This document shows positions 42,877 to 52,668 of a DNA stretch of 64,000 bases, in pieces. Every line of letters starts with the position of its first letter. Position 1 is the first letter of the stretch. The notes under the pieces were generated by a model. It made no database searches and was not told the DNA's origin. It saw only the letters and a list, made by a program, of their open reading frames with translations. This stretch comes from an uncultured bacterium. GTDB lineage: Bacteria; Babelota; Babeliae; Babelales; Vermiphilaceae. A program made the translations under genes and the position numbers. The stretch is from assembly GCA_963695335.1 (NCBI GenBank), contig OY968764.1:1302685-1366684 (forward strand). Reading direction: 5' to 3'.

Positions 42877-44238
42877 ATGATAAATTATATGAATAAAACA
42901 AAAACATCGTTCAAATGCTCAAGTTGCAGTTACATAACAATCAAATGGATGGGATGCTGCCCCGAATGTAAAGAATGGGATTCTTTAGTTGAAAATGCAA
43001 TCGCTTCAACGCACAGCGGTACAAAAATATATTCCCAATCGCAATCTCTTGAATTAGTATCCTTAGATTCAATCGATACACAAAATTTACCTCGAGTTCT
43101 TTCTGGTATTGGCGAATGGGACCGCGTTGTTGGCGAAGGCCTTGTTCCTGGATCACTCATTGTTATTACCGGAGACCCTGGCATTGGTAAATCAACTTTA
43201 TTGTTGCAAGTTGCGTATGAAATAGCAAAAACAAAACGCGTGTTTTATTTTTCTACAGAAGAGTCATTGCAACAACTTAAAGGGCGTGCATTACGCTTAA
43301 AAACAAGCACATCTAATCTTCTTTTTTCCGATGCAGCAGAACTCACTGGAATCATCGCAACAGCTAAAGAGCATAAACCTGATATGATCATCATCGATTC
43401 CATACAAAACTGTTACATCAATGATGCAACCACTTTACCGGGCAGTGTTGGACAACTGCGTGAAGCAGCATTCCAACTGATGCGATTAAGTAAAGAGCAT
43501 AATATCACCGTTATTATCACCGGACATATCACCAAAGAAGGAATTATTGCAGGACCAAAAACATTAGAACACATGGTTGATGCAGTATTTTATTTGCAAG
43601 GTGAAGACCGTTGGCAAACGCGCATACTTAGAGCAGTAAAAAACAGATTTGGCGCAATTAATGAACTTGGTTTTTTTTCTATGGAACAACATGGGCTGCA
43701 AGAAGTGCCTAATATTAACGCACATTTATTAAGCGAAATGTCACATGCTCCCGGATCGGCTATTATCAGCATTATGGAAGGCTCACGTCCCATTTTACTT
43801 GAACTGCAAGCGCTTACTAATGCTTCAAAACTGACAATGCCACAACGAGTTGTTTCTGGCTTGGATCACAAACAAGTGGTACTCATTGCAGCAATTTTAG
43901 AAAAGTACGTCAAAATCAAATTAAGTATGCAAGATATCTTTTTTAAAGTAAGTGGTGGATTTAAAATCAGCGGAGCAGAAAGTGATCTTGGAATAGCGTT
44001 TGCATTGCTTTCGAGCTATTTCCAGGAACCGTTACCAGAAAAATCAATCGCTTTAGGTGAAATCAGCCTCACCGGACAAATAAAACCAATTAATAATATT
44101 GGTCATCTTGTCAAAGAGGCTGAAAAATTTGGCATTACAACGCTTTTGGTTGCTAAAAATCAAGTGATTGAAAAAACATCATGTACCGTCAAGCGTTTTC
44201 ATAATGTCTATGAACTATTATCACTTTTCGGACAATAA
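42877..44238 (+). CDS. radA: DNA repair protein RadA/Sms
   Basis: C4 Zn finger, GDPGIGKST, KNRFG, Lon-like C-terminus. Confidence 0.97.
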   Translation: MINYMNKTKTSFKCSSCSYITIKWMGCCPECKEWDSLVENAIASTHSGTKIYSQSQSLELVSLDSIDTQNLPRVLSGIGEWDRVVGEGLVPGSLIVITGDPGIGKSTLLLQVAYEIAKTKRVFYFSTEESLQQLKGRALRLKTSTSNLLFSDAAELTGIIATAKEHKPDMIIIDSIQNCYINDATTLPGSVGQLREAAFQLMRLSKEHNITVIITGHITKEGIIAGPKTLEHMVDAVFYLQGEDRWQTRILRAVKNRFGAINELGFFSMEQHGLQEVPNINAHLLSEMSHAPGSAIISIMEGSRPILLELQALTNASKLTMPQRVVSGLDHKQVVLIAAILEKYVKIKLSMQDIFFKVSGGFKISGAESDLGIAFALLSSYFQEPLPEKSIALGEISLTGQIKPINNIGHLVKEAEKFGITTLLVAKNQVIEKTSCTVKRFHNVYELLSLFGQ

Positions 44239-44288
44239 AAAAATCTCTCTTTACAACAAATATTACTTTGCTTAAAGAGAGATTTTTA
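44237..44288. terminator. Bidirectional hairpin terminator
   Basis: aaaaatctctcttta ... taaagagagattttt. Confidence 0.65.
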
Positions 44289-44306
44289 AATTTTATTGAA
44301 CTTTAA

Positions 44307-45431
44307 TTATTGCGTGTATCCTAACTTTGCTTTTGCAGCAAGATACATACCATATCCAGCCCCAAGAAGAACGCCACCTCTATAAAATATTTTTTCTTTA
44401 TTCTTATAAAAATAATTTGCAGTATCCCAAGCTTTTTTTGCAGTATCAGAAATCATTTCCAAATAACTTTTAGTTGCTTGTACATTCATTAAACGAGCTC
44501 CCGCTTGTTTTGCGCTAGTACCAGCTTCTAAATCAGCAAGCTGAGCAATATCTCGTTGTTCCTGTAACTTTTCTTGTCTCTCTTTACGTTCTTGTTCTTG
44601 CCTATATTGTGACTCATTTTTCTTTTGTTGAACTTCTCGTGACCATTCATAAAGTTGTCTATTCTGAGATAAAGCTTTAACATAAATGCCAATATCATTA
44701 TGTTTTTGTTTAATTTCAGAATCATTCACACCAATTTGACCTAATAATAACAGCGCACATTTACCCTGTTGCTCCAAATTAGACAAGGCATTGTATACAA
44801 TCATGTCATCAGCAGATTTCCATGATGCTGGAAGATAAGAATTTTTTAATTGATAAAAATCACTAAATGGATAATTCACAACCGTAAATTTTTCAGTATC
44901 ATTTGGGTTTCTAGGAGTATCTCTATATATAGCCTCGCACACATTAATAAATTTTTGAACTTTACTAAGCACACCAGCTTTCATACGCGGATATAACGTT
45001 TGATAACTCACGTACCCTACACCAAGAGATCCAAGCCCCGCCAATACTATAGGATTTGTCATCCAACTTGGCACACTCTCTGGTATTATGTTTTGTACCA
45101 TTCCCGATTTTTGAGACATTCCTGTCACAAATCCACTTGTAGCCTTTGGGGTTATATCTTGTGCCATGCCAACTTTTTGATATATTCCTACGCCAGCTCC
45201 AATTGTTGAAGCTGCTCCTGCAAGAAATGCACCAACAGTACCAAGTTGACCAAGCCACAACAATTTCCATTGAGTAACATCAGCTTCAGTCAAATTAGAA
45301 TACTGTTTAATACTATTCACAATTGCATCATCACCTGATGTTGTAGGTGCTATGTTCATTGCATAAAGAACATTCGATAGCCCACATTGCACAATAAGCG
45401 CAATTAATGCGATATGTATATAACGTTTCAT
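44307..45431 (-). CDS. Hypothetical membrane/exported protein with coiled coil
   Basis: Signal peptide, Gly-rich hydrophobic segments, QERKERQE coiled coil. Confidence 0.55.
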   Translation of the reverse strand: MKRYIHIALIALIVQCGLSNVLYAMNIAPTTSGDDAIVNSIKQYSNLTEADVTQWKLLWLGQLGTVGAFLAGAASTIGAGVGIYQKVGMAQDITPKATSGFVTGMSQKSGMVQNIIPESVPSWMTNPIVLAGLGSLGVGYVSYQTLYPRMKAGVLSKVQKFINVCEAIYRDTPRNPNDTEKFTVVNYPFSDFYQLKNSYLPASWKSADDMIVYNALSNLEQQGKCALLLLGQIGVNDSEIKQKHNDIGIYVKALSQNRQLYEWSREVQQKKNESQYRQEQERKERQEKLQEQRDIAQLADLEAGTSAKQAGARLMNVQATKSYLEMISDTAKKAWDTANYFYKNKEKIFYRGGVLLGAGYGMYLAAKAKLGYTQ

Positions 45432-45700
45432 GAAATCCCCCTTAAAAAGGTTAATTATTTTTTACCTAACTGTATTATGTATCTTAAAACTATCACATAA
45501 AAATCAATAATAGCAAGAATCATGATGTTATTATAAGTATAGTCTTATATTAACTTTTTTTCAAAAGGCCCCATTAACACAGCATAATTCAATAATTTTT
45601 AACTTTTTTACCACAATATCTCTTTTTTTATAAAAATATTGCTTCAAAGAGATAAATTTGCATAGCATCACGATATATAAAATCTATACAAAGGATCATA

Positions 45701-47212
45701 ATGAAACAGTTCCTATCTCATTTTAAATGTATTATTGTTGCAAGTTTATTCATCATTCAAAATGCTATGTTAGGCATGTATCCCTGCACATATACCTGCA
45801 CTGACGTTCCGCTCCAAGAAATTTATCCCAATCAAAATATGTGCATGTTACTGCAAAGTATACCGCCAGCATTGCAAAATCTTCCGTATGTGATGTATCC
45901 CTGTTCTGATATTTATAACACCAACCGTTTTGGATTTAATAAACGTTTTAATTTTTTTCCTGTAGCAATTATCGTACCAACAACTGAAAGTGAATTAATC
46001 TACGCGTTTTGCGCATTAACAGAAAACAATTTACCATTCTCTGTACGCTCAGGAGGTCATTGTTTTGGACCGGGATCGTTATCGAATGGATACATTATTG
46101 ATCTGCGTAATTTTGATTCTATTATACCTAACACACAAAACAACACTGCATACATTGGTGTTGGATCACATTTAGGGGATGTCATCACCACACTGGGTAA
46201 TCTTAATTACGCTATTCCCACAGGAACATGTCCTGCGGTTTGTACTGGTGGTTTGGCATTAGGTGGTGGCACCGGTTACCTTGCGCGTGCTTATGGTCTA
46301 ACGTGTGATTCTATTCTGAGTATTCGCATGCTCAACGCACAAGGAATAATTATGGATATTACTCCAGATAATTATCCCGATTTATTTTGGGCATTATGCG
46401 GTGCAGGAGCAAATGCATTTGGAATAGTATTAGGATTTACTTTTAAAATACATTACATTCCCACCGTCAGTCTTGTTTCATTGCAATGGGATTGGAATCC
46501 AAAACAAGCGAAAAAGATTTTCAAGACATGGCAAACATGGATCACCACTTTACCAGAAAGCATTACAACTGAATGCATATTTTCATATAGAACAGGAACA
46601 TCACGCGTAACAATTAATGCATTAAAAGTAGGGCCTGCTGCTTTAACTGAATGGCAATGCGCTTTTGGACAATTCAATCCTACCGTTACTAATAATTACA
46701 AAGGCAATTATGTAGGAGCAGCAACTAAAATTGCCTCAACACCAACACCACCATTTTCAAAAGTAAAAAGTAAATTTCTTTTTGAACCATTATCAAAGAA
46801 AGGCATAGAAATAATAACGGAATTTTATAGTGCATTACAAAAAAATGGTGAAAACATTCGCGTCAATCTCTTCTTTGGATCAGCTCTGAATGGTGCAATT
46901 TCTGAACACAATCCAAACAGTTCATATTTCCCCCGTGATGCATTTGCATGGCTTTATGAATTTGCTTATTGGTTCCATGAAGATCAATCATCTTCAACCA
47001 TTCATTTACTCAATAAACTATATCATAAGCTTGAGCCGTATACTTCTCCTTATAGTTACTCCAACTTAGTTGATTATGAACTTGGTAATGATTATCTAGA
47101 TGCCTATTACGGAAACCATGTTAAACGTCTTATTAAAACAAAACGGAAATATGATCCGACTAATATTTTTAGATGGAAACAAGGCATACCACTTAAACAT
47201 CCCAAGCATTAA
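45701..47212 (+). CDS. FAD-linked oxidase (berberine bridge enzyme-like)
   Basis: RSGGH, GTCPAVCTGG, DLFWAL, YSNLVD, KYDPTNIF. Confidence 0.92.
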   Translation: MKQFLSHFKCIIVASLFIIQNAMLGMYPCTYTCTDVPLQEIYPNQNMCMLLQSIPPALQNLPYVMYPCSDIYNTNRFGFNKRFNFFPVAIIVPTTESELIYAFCALTENNLPFSVRSGGHCFGPGSLSNGYIIDLRNFDSIIPNTQNNTAYIGVGSHLGDVITTLGNLNYAIPTGTCPAVCTGGLALGGGTGYLARAYGLTCDSILSIRMLNAQGIIMDITPDNYPDLFWALCGAGANAFGIVLGFTFKIHYIPTVSLVSLQWDWNPKQAKKIFKTWQTWITTLPESITTECIFSYRTGTSRVTINALKVGPAALTEWQCAFGQFNPTVTNNYKGNYVGAATKIASTPTPPFSKVKSKFLFEPLSKKGIEIITEFYSALQKNGENIRVNLFFGSALNGAISEHNPNSSYFPRDAFAWLYEFAYWFHEDQSSSTIHLLNKLYHKLEPYTSPYSYSNLVDYELGNDYLDAYYGNHVKRLIKTKRKYDPTNIFRWKQGIPLKHPKH

Positions 47213-47302
47213 AATATAACACATTGTCTTAGTTCAAAAGATTGGTACTATTAATATTAATCATGCAATATTGTAGTACCTTTTTTCTTTTAGGGGATTT
47301 TC

Positions 47303-47704
47303 ATGTCAACAAAATTAAGTCATTTTTCACTTTTAGTACACAATCAGGATGAAGCTTTAACCTTTTATACTGAAAAGCTCGGCTTTGTCATAACAGAAGC
47401 TCATAAAGCTGATGATAATACATGGTATTGGCTGACAATTGCTCCTACGAAAGATTCAAACATTTCATTATCGCTCCTTTCACCACAAACAGAAGAAGAT
47501 CGCGCAATTGTTGGCAAACAAAGTGGTACCATTCCTCTTTTTGTTTTATTAACAGATGATTGCCACAAAACAATTGCTGAATTTGCAGCAAAAAATGTCA
47601 CCATCATCAAACAGCCTACCAATGAATTTTGGGGTGTTGATGCGTTGATAAAAGATCTTTATGGTAATATTATTGATGTGTGCCAACCATCGGAACACGA
47701 ATAA
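47303..47704 (+). CDS. VOC/glyoxalase family protein
   Basis: ALTFYTEKLGF, EFWG, DLYGN. Confidence 0.9.
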   Translation: MSTKLSHFSLLVHNQDEALTFYTEKLGFVITEAHKADDNTWYWLTIAPTKDSNISLSLLSPQTEEDRAIVGKQSGTIPLFVLLTDDCHKTIAEFAAKNVTIIKQPTNEFWGVDALIKDLYGNIIDVCQPSEHE

Positions 47705-47726
47705 TTAAACGTTCGCACATTTTAAT

Positions 47727-47783
47727 CCCCAATTTCCATTTCATTCCAATCGGGGTCCTCATTGAAGGGAACTGAAAATGGGA
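47727..47783. repeat. Family-C palindromic repeat
   Basis: ccccaatttccatttcattccaatcggggtcctcattgaagggaactgaaaatggga aligns to 206-263. Confidence 0.7.
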
Positions 47784-47809
47784 TTAAACAAACGATTGAA
47801 AGAAAAATA

Positions 47810-50800
47810 ATGAAACTCACTCTCCGTTCACCATTTTTATGGATCATCGCAACAGTGCTCTCAGGATTAATGTATTTTTTTGCATTTCATCTTTTTCCTC
47901 AAACATTTCCCATCATCAATCTTTCTATCACCATGGATCTTGAACAAGCATTGGATAAAGCTGATGATATTGCTCAAGAATACAATTTCGGCCCCGCCTT
48001 CGCCGAGGCTTCAGCGGACAGGCCCTATCAATCGGCAGCAATGTTCCATACAGATAACACGGTAAAAACATTTGTTGAACTGGAAGGTGGTGGAAGAGAT
48101 GCATTTGTTGCAATGATGGATAAACAACTGTATATGCCATACACATGGAGAGTGCGTCATTTTAAAGAACATGAAAAAAATGAAACAACGTTTATATTTA
48201 CTCCTGATGGCACATTATACGGTTTTGTGGAAACATTATCAGAAAATATTTCTGGTGCACAGCTGACTGAAAATGAGGCACGTCAAATAGCAGAAAACGA
48301 TGCTGCAACATATTGGGATATTGATTTCTCTCCATACACATTAGTTGAAACATCACAAAAATTAGAAATTGGTGGACGCCTTGATCACACATTTATTTAC
48401 GAACGAAATGATGCAAAAATCCAAGAAGGTCTTTACCGTTTAAAAATAGTCGTCAGTGGTGATAAAACAACTACACTGAATCATTTTGTTAAAATCCCCG
48501 AAGCATTCACCCGCCGCTATGCAGAAATGCGATCAGCAAATAATACTATTTCATGGGCTGCAACAATTTTCATGATTTTATTATACTTTATTGGTGGTTG
48601 TTGTTTTGGCCTTTTTTATCTGAGTAAACATCGCTGGAATATCATCAAACAACCAATGAAATGGGCTGTCTTTCTTTCTACTCTTTCTGTTCTGACATCA
48701 ATCAACCAATTACCATTTTTATGGATGCATTATCACACCGCATTATCATCATATGGTTTTTTGATGCAAATATTGCTCAATCTTCTTATCAGCTTCCTTG
48801 GATATGTCGTTATTCTAACACTCATCATTATGGCAGCTGAAGGGCTTACACGCCGTGCCTTTGGCAACCATCCACAACTCTGGTTATTAACACAACCTGA
48901 TATAAAAACATCTTATGCAATTTTTGGCAGAACATACGCTGGATATCTTCTTGTTGGTTTTAATTGCGCATTTGTTATCGGATTTTATTTCTTTTCTACT
49001 CGTTATTGGGGTTGGTGGTCACCATCAGAAATGTTGTTTGATCCCAATATATTAGCAACCTATGCTCCATGGTTTTCACCCATTGCGAAATCGCTTAATG
49101 CTGGTTTTATGGAAGAGTGTCTTTTCCGTGCAATTCCACTCGCGGGAGCTGCACTATTAGGTAACCGTTTTGGAAAAAGAAATTGGTGGATAGGCGCTGC
49201 ATTTATTTTGCAAGCAATTATCTTTGGCGCAGCTCATGCAAACTATCCAATGCAACCATCATACGCACGTCTTATTGAATTACTTGTGCCATCATTTATT
49301 TGGGGTGCAATCTATTTACGATTTGGTTTAGTTACAAATATTATCGCTCATTTTGTGTATGACGTTGTGTGGTTTTCTATACCTATTTTTGTATCGCAAA
49401 CACAATACGCTTACGCATATAAAATAACAATTATTTTTGTTACTCTGTTGCCACTTCTTTACGTGCTATATGCACGTATCAGAAAAGGTACATGGACAGA
49501 AATTTCTACTGATGCACTCAATGCAGCATGGTCACCAACCACAACTATCAAAGAAAAAATAGAACCTATCATAAGAAAAACAGAATCATATAATCTTACA
49601 AACACACTAAAAAAAATAATCATTGGACTTGGTGCTGCAGGACTCATTGCATGGATATACAACACACCATTCACGCATGATGGTGTTACTATTACATTGA
49701 ATAGAGATGATGCAATTGCAACGGCGAATGCATATTTAGAAGAAAAAAACTTTACGCCTGACACGTCCGACTCCGCCAAGGCTTCCGACTTTGCCAAGGC
49801 TTCGTCGGACAGGTCGTCGGACAGGCATTGGAAAACATTACCACTCATATTTGCAGACTATAAACTCATACCGCAGATTGCTTTGCAACACAAATTTATC
49901 TGGCAAGAAGGCACAAAAGAATTGTATCACCAACTATTAGGTAACTATTTGCATCCAGCACATTGGACAATCCGTTATGCTCAATTTGATACTGATATTA
50001 TTCAACGAGCAGAAGAATACAAAGTATTGCTCTACAATAATAAAATATGGCAATATTATCATCAACTGCCTGAATCTACTGCAGGAGCAGAACTCTCACA
50101 AGAGACAGCACGCACAATTGCTTTTGCAGCCATCCAAGAAGAACTCAATATCAATCCAAAAGAGTTAACGGAAATTTCTGCAAGAGCATCACAACTGCCT
50201 CATCGCAAAGATTGGTTATTTGTTTTTTCAGATCCAAATATTTATCCATTACCGATTGGCCAAGCACGCATTTCTGTTACTATCAGTGGTGATCAAATAA
50301 CCAATGTTCTTCGTGCAATTCATGTACCAGAAGAATGGGAACGTGCTGAACAACATAAACAAAACATGCTCAGTATTGTTCTTATTGTACTAGCACTATT
50401 ATTTATGTTTCTTATTGTGTTTGCATTCTATAAAGCATCCAAACATAACAAAACGTTTATATTTTCAAAACGATTGTTCTTTATTTTATGCGGTGTTGTA
50501 TCTGTAATATGCGTTATTGATTTGATTAACTCTTGGCAAACTGTTGTAGGTGGATTTAACACAAGCTTACCACTCACCAATCAGCTCTTTCAGACAATCA
50601 CAGGCCTCATCATCAGCTCTCTTATGAAAATAGTTGGTTATGCAGCAGTAATAAGCTATGTCATGTCACACAAAAGATCTCATCAATTACCACATACATG
50701 GCTTACCGCAATACTTGGGATATCTTCTGGACTTTTTGTATCAGGAATATATGCAACAGTACAACTGCTTGTGCCATCTCACATGCCACTTTGGCCACAT

Positions 50801-51298
50801 TATGAATCACTGAGTTATACAATGCCATTACTTGCTAGCTTAACTCATGCTATTTCATACTATACACAACTAACTATTGCATGTTCATTACTCTTTATGC
50901 TCATTGATACAGCAACCCGTCCTTCGATAGCTTCCGACTTCGCCAAGGCTTCGTCGGACACGGCAGGACGAGCGGAAGAGAAAAATTGGTTACTTTTGAC
51001 AGGATTAATGACAGTGTATGGCATGCTCGCCATTCATTTGCCATCTCTAGATATGATTGGAATATGGATTATTGCTGGCGCACTGTTTGGTTGGACATTA
51101 CTTGCAATGTATCGTTATGTCATACGATATGATTATGCACTTATTTCTGTAGCAACCAGCGGCCCTACACTATTATATATTGCACAACAAGGAATCTTTA
51201 ATGCATATCCAGGTGCGTGTATCTATGCATGTATAAATAGTATTGCTGTTATATGTGTTGCTTCTGTGTGGTATTGGTACGTTAGTAAACAAAATTAA
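47810..51298 (+). CDS. Large CPBP (Abi/CAAX) family intramembrane metalloprotease with duplicated extracytoplasmic domain
   Basis: EECLFR, FGAAH, IIAHFVYD motifs; many TM helices; contains in-frame repeat insertions. Confidence 0.88.
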   Translation: MKLTLRSPFLWIIATVLSGLMYFFAFHLFPQTFPIINLSITMDLEQALDKADDIAQEYNFGPAFAEASADRPYQSAAMFHTDNTVKTFVELEGGGRDAFVAMMDKQLYMPYTWRVRHFKEHEKNETTFIFTPDGTLYGFVETLSENISGAQLTENEARQIAENDAATYWDIDFSPYTLVETSQKLEIGGRLDHTFIYERNDAKIQEGLYRLKIVVSGDKTTTLNHFVKIPEAFTRRYAEMRSANNTISWAATIFMILLYFIGGCCFGLFYLSKHRWNIIKQPMKWAVFLSTLSVLTSINQLPFLWMHYHTALSSYGFLMQILLNLLISFLGYVVILTLIIMAAEGLTRRAFGNHPQLWLLTQPDIKTSYAIFGRTYAGYLLVGFNCAFVIGFYFFSTRYWGWWSPSEMLFDPNILATYAPWFSPIAKSLNAGFMEECLFRAIPLAGAALLGNRFGKRNWWIGAAFILQAIIFGAAHANYPMQPSYARLIELLVPSFIWGAIYLRFGLVTNIIAHFVYDVVWFSIPIFVSQTQYAYAYKITIIFVTLLPLLYVLYARIRKGTWTEISTDALNAAWSPTTTIKEKIEPIIRKTESYNLTNTLKKIIIGLGAAGLIAWIYNTPFTHDGVTITLNRDDAIATANAYLEEKNFTPDTSDSAKASDFAKASSDRSSDRHWKTLPLIFADYKLIPQIALQHKFIWQEGTKELYHQLLGNYLHPAHWTIRYAQFDTDIIQRAEEYKVLLYNNKIWQYYHQLPESTAGAELSQETARTIAFAAIQEELNINPKELTEISARASQLPHRKDWLFVFSDPNIYPLPIGQARISVTISGDQITNVLRAIHVPEEWERAEQHKQNMLSIVLIVLALLFMFLIVFAFYKASKHNKTFIFSKRLFFILCGVVSVICVIDLINSWQTVVGGFNTSLPLTNQLFQTITGLIISSLMKIVGYAAVISYVMSHKRSHQLPHTWLTAILGISSGLFVSGIYATVQLLVPSHMPLWPHYESLSYTMPLLASLTHAISYYTQLTIACSLLFMLIDTATRPSIASDFAKASSDTAGRAEEKNWLLLTGLMTVYGMLAIHLPSLDMIGIWIIAGALFGWTLLAMYRYVIRYDYALISVATSGPTLLYIAQQGIFNAYPGACIYACINSIAVICVASVWYWYVSKQN
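47993..48022 (+). repeat. Family-A 30-bp in-frame palindromic element (PAFAEASADR)
   Basis: cccgccttcgccgaggcttcagcggacagg; GC-rich island in an AT-rich gene. Confidence 0.8.
49766..49825 (+). repeat. Two nested family-A 30-bp elements, in frame
   Basis: tccgactccgccaaggct[tccgactttgccaaggcttcgtcggacagg]tcgtcggacagg. Confidence 0.9.
50920..50975 (+). repeat. Family-A 30-bp element (50933-50962) nested in a family-B repeat, in frame
   Basis: tccttcgatagct[tccgacttcgccaaggcttcgtcggacacg]gcaggacgagcgg. Confidence 0.85.
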
Positions 51299-51522
51299 TT
51301 AACGTGAGTTCGATTTAAGCACAATACTATACTTCTTAATGAATTATTCCTCTGCGCTCGCCCTGAACTTGTTGAAGGGTATCTTTGAGCGCACTCTTAA
51401 TAACAATAAAAAAACAACAAAGTTTCTATTCTTTAGTAATGATTAAAAAGAAAAATATTTTTTAATAAAAAAAGAAACCGCGCTCAAAGATATCCTTCAA
51501 CAAGTTCAGCGATTATGATCAA

Positions 51523-51528
51523 AGTCAA
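51523..51528 (-). promoter_or_regulatory. -35 box (TTGACT) of the circle-junction promoter; pairs with -10 TATGAT at 52674-52679
   Basis: Junction reads TTGACT-17 nt-TATGAT. Confidence 0.8.
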
Positions 51529-52490
51529 GTAGAATAGGCATTTTTATTAGGTGCCCACTTTCTATTTTCAGTAAGAAGAACATTAGCAAGTATAATAAAC
51601 TTGCGCATTACAGCAATTAGGGCAATCTTAGATGGTTTTCCTTCTTCACGTAATCGCTCATAAAATTTCTTAAAATCTGGATTATGTTGAACAGCTGAAA
51701 GTGTAGGCATATACAGCATTTTTCGTGGTAAGGATCTACCTTCTCTAATGATAGATTTTTTCTTATAATTACCACTTTCATTGGTGTATGGAGCTACGCC
51801 TAATAAGGCTGCAACTTGCTTATTTCCAATACTTCCTAATTCAGAAAAAAAAGCAATTAACGTTGCTGATGTTCCTTTTCCAGCACCAGGAATTGATGTG
51901 ATAATATTTTGCTTATGTTTCCAGTCATCATCATTATCAATTAATTGTTCTATTTCTTTTTCCAATTCCTTAACTTGTTCATCCATAAAATCAATATGTT
52001 GTTGAATTTTGTCTTTACAAAATTCAACTTGTGGATGAGCCAATCGTGTTTTTTCTCGACTGATCATTCCCGTCAAATCACTTTTCCTTCTTATTAAAGC
52101 TTTCAATAATTCTTCATTCTCTTTTGGCACTTTAATGCGTGTTTCCTCTGATAATTCTTTTTGTTGTGCAAACAAAGCAATCATAGATGCATCAATCTTG
52201 TCTGTTTTTGCTTTTGCTCCATCTGATGCGATAAACGACTTAATTCGTTTCGGCTCAATTAGCCATACAAAATATCCAGCATTACTTAATGTACGAATCA
52301 ATAATTTTTCGTATCCACCAGATGATTCACATACAACGCGAACAACATTGTACTCAGAAAATACATTAAGTATTTTATTGAGACCAGCGGCGCTATTTGG
52401 CGTTTTAAAATATTGATTCAATGGACGTAAAAAAACATCCAAATTATCTTTTGAAATATCGACACCAACAAATATTTCTGTTAGCTTCAT
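51525..52490 (-). CDS. IS110-family recombinase/transposase (DEDD RuvC-like plus Tnp domain)
   Basis: VGVDISKD, CESSGGY, KTDKIDA, SIPGAG, GVAPYTNESG. Confidence 0.95.
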   Translation of the reverse strand: MKLTEIFVGVDISKDNLDVFLRPLNQYFKTPNSAAGLNKILNVFSEYNVVRVVCESSGGYEKLLIRTLSNAGYFVWLIEPKRIKSFIASDGAKAKTDKIDASMIALFAQQKELSEETRIKVPKENEELLKALIRRKSDLTGMISREKTRLAHPQVEFCKDKIQQHIDFMDEQVKELEKEIEQLIDNDDDWKHKQNIITSIPGAGKGTSATLIAFFSELGSIGNKQVAALLGVAPYTNESGNYKKKSIIREGRSLPRKMLYMPTLSAVQHNPDFKKFYERLREEGKPSKIALIAVMRKFIILANVLLTENRKWAPNKNAYST

Positions 52491-52668
52491 AGTAATTCTT
52501 CCTCATAATACGAGCCTTGCGCTCAAGCGATTATTCGAATCTTCTACAAATCTGGTTGATAGCTCTTTAGCTGAAAACGGTTCTTGTAACCTAGGACGAG
52601 CACAAGACGCTATCAACCTTTTTTTATAGCCTAGTTTCCTAAACCTAAAAAACTCAATAATCTACATG
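52491..52668 (-). ncRNA. Predicted bridge RNA (5' stem-loop, target-binding loop, donor-binding loop)
   Basis: Left target guide 52593-52601, right target guide 52571-52575, left donor guide 52526-52534 and right donor guide 52502-52507 match target and donor; ends approximate. Confidence 0.85.

Noticed and set aside
49766..49825. Possible mini-CRISPR or tandem repeat
   Set aside because: No spacers and no cas genes; the pattern resolves exactly as one 30-mer nested in another
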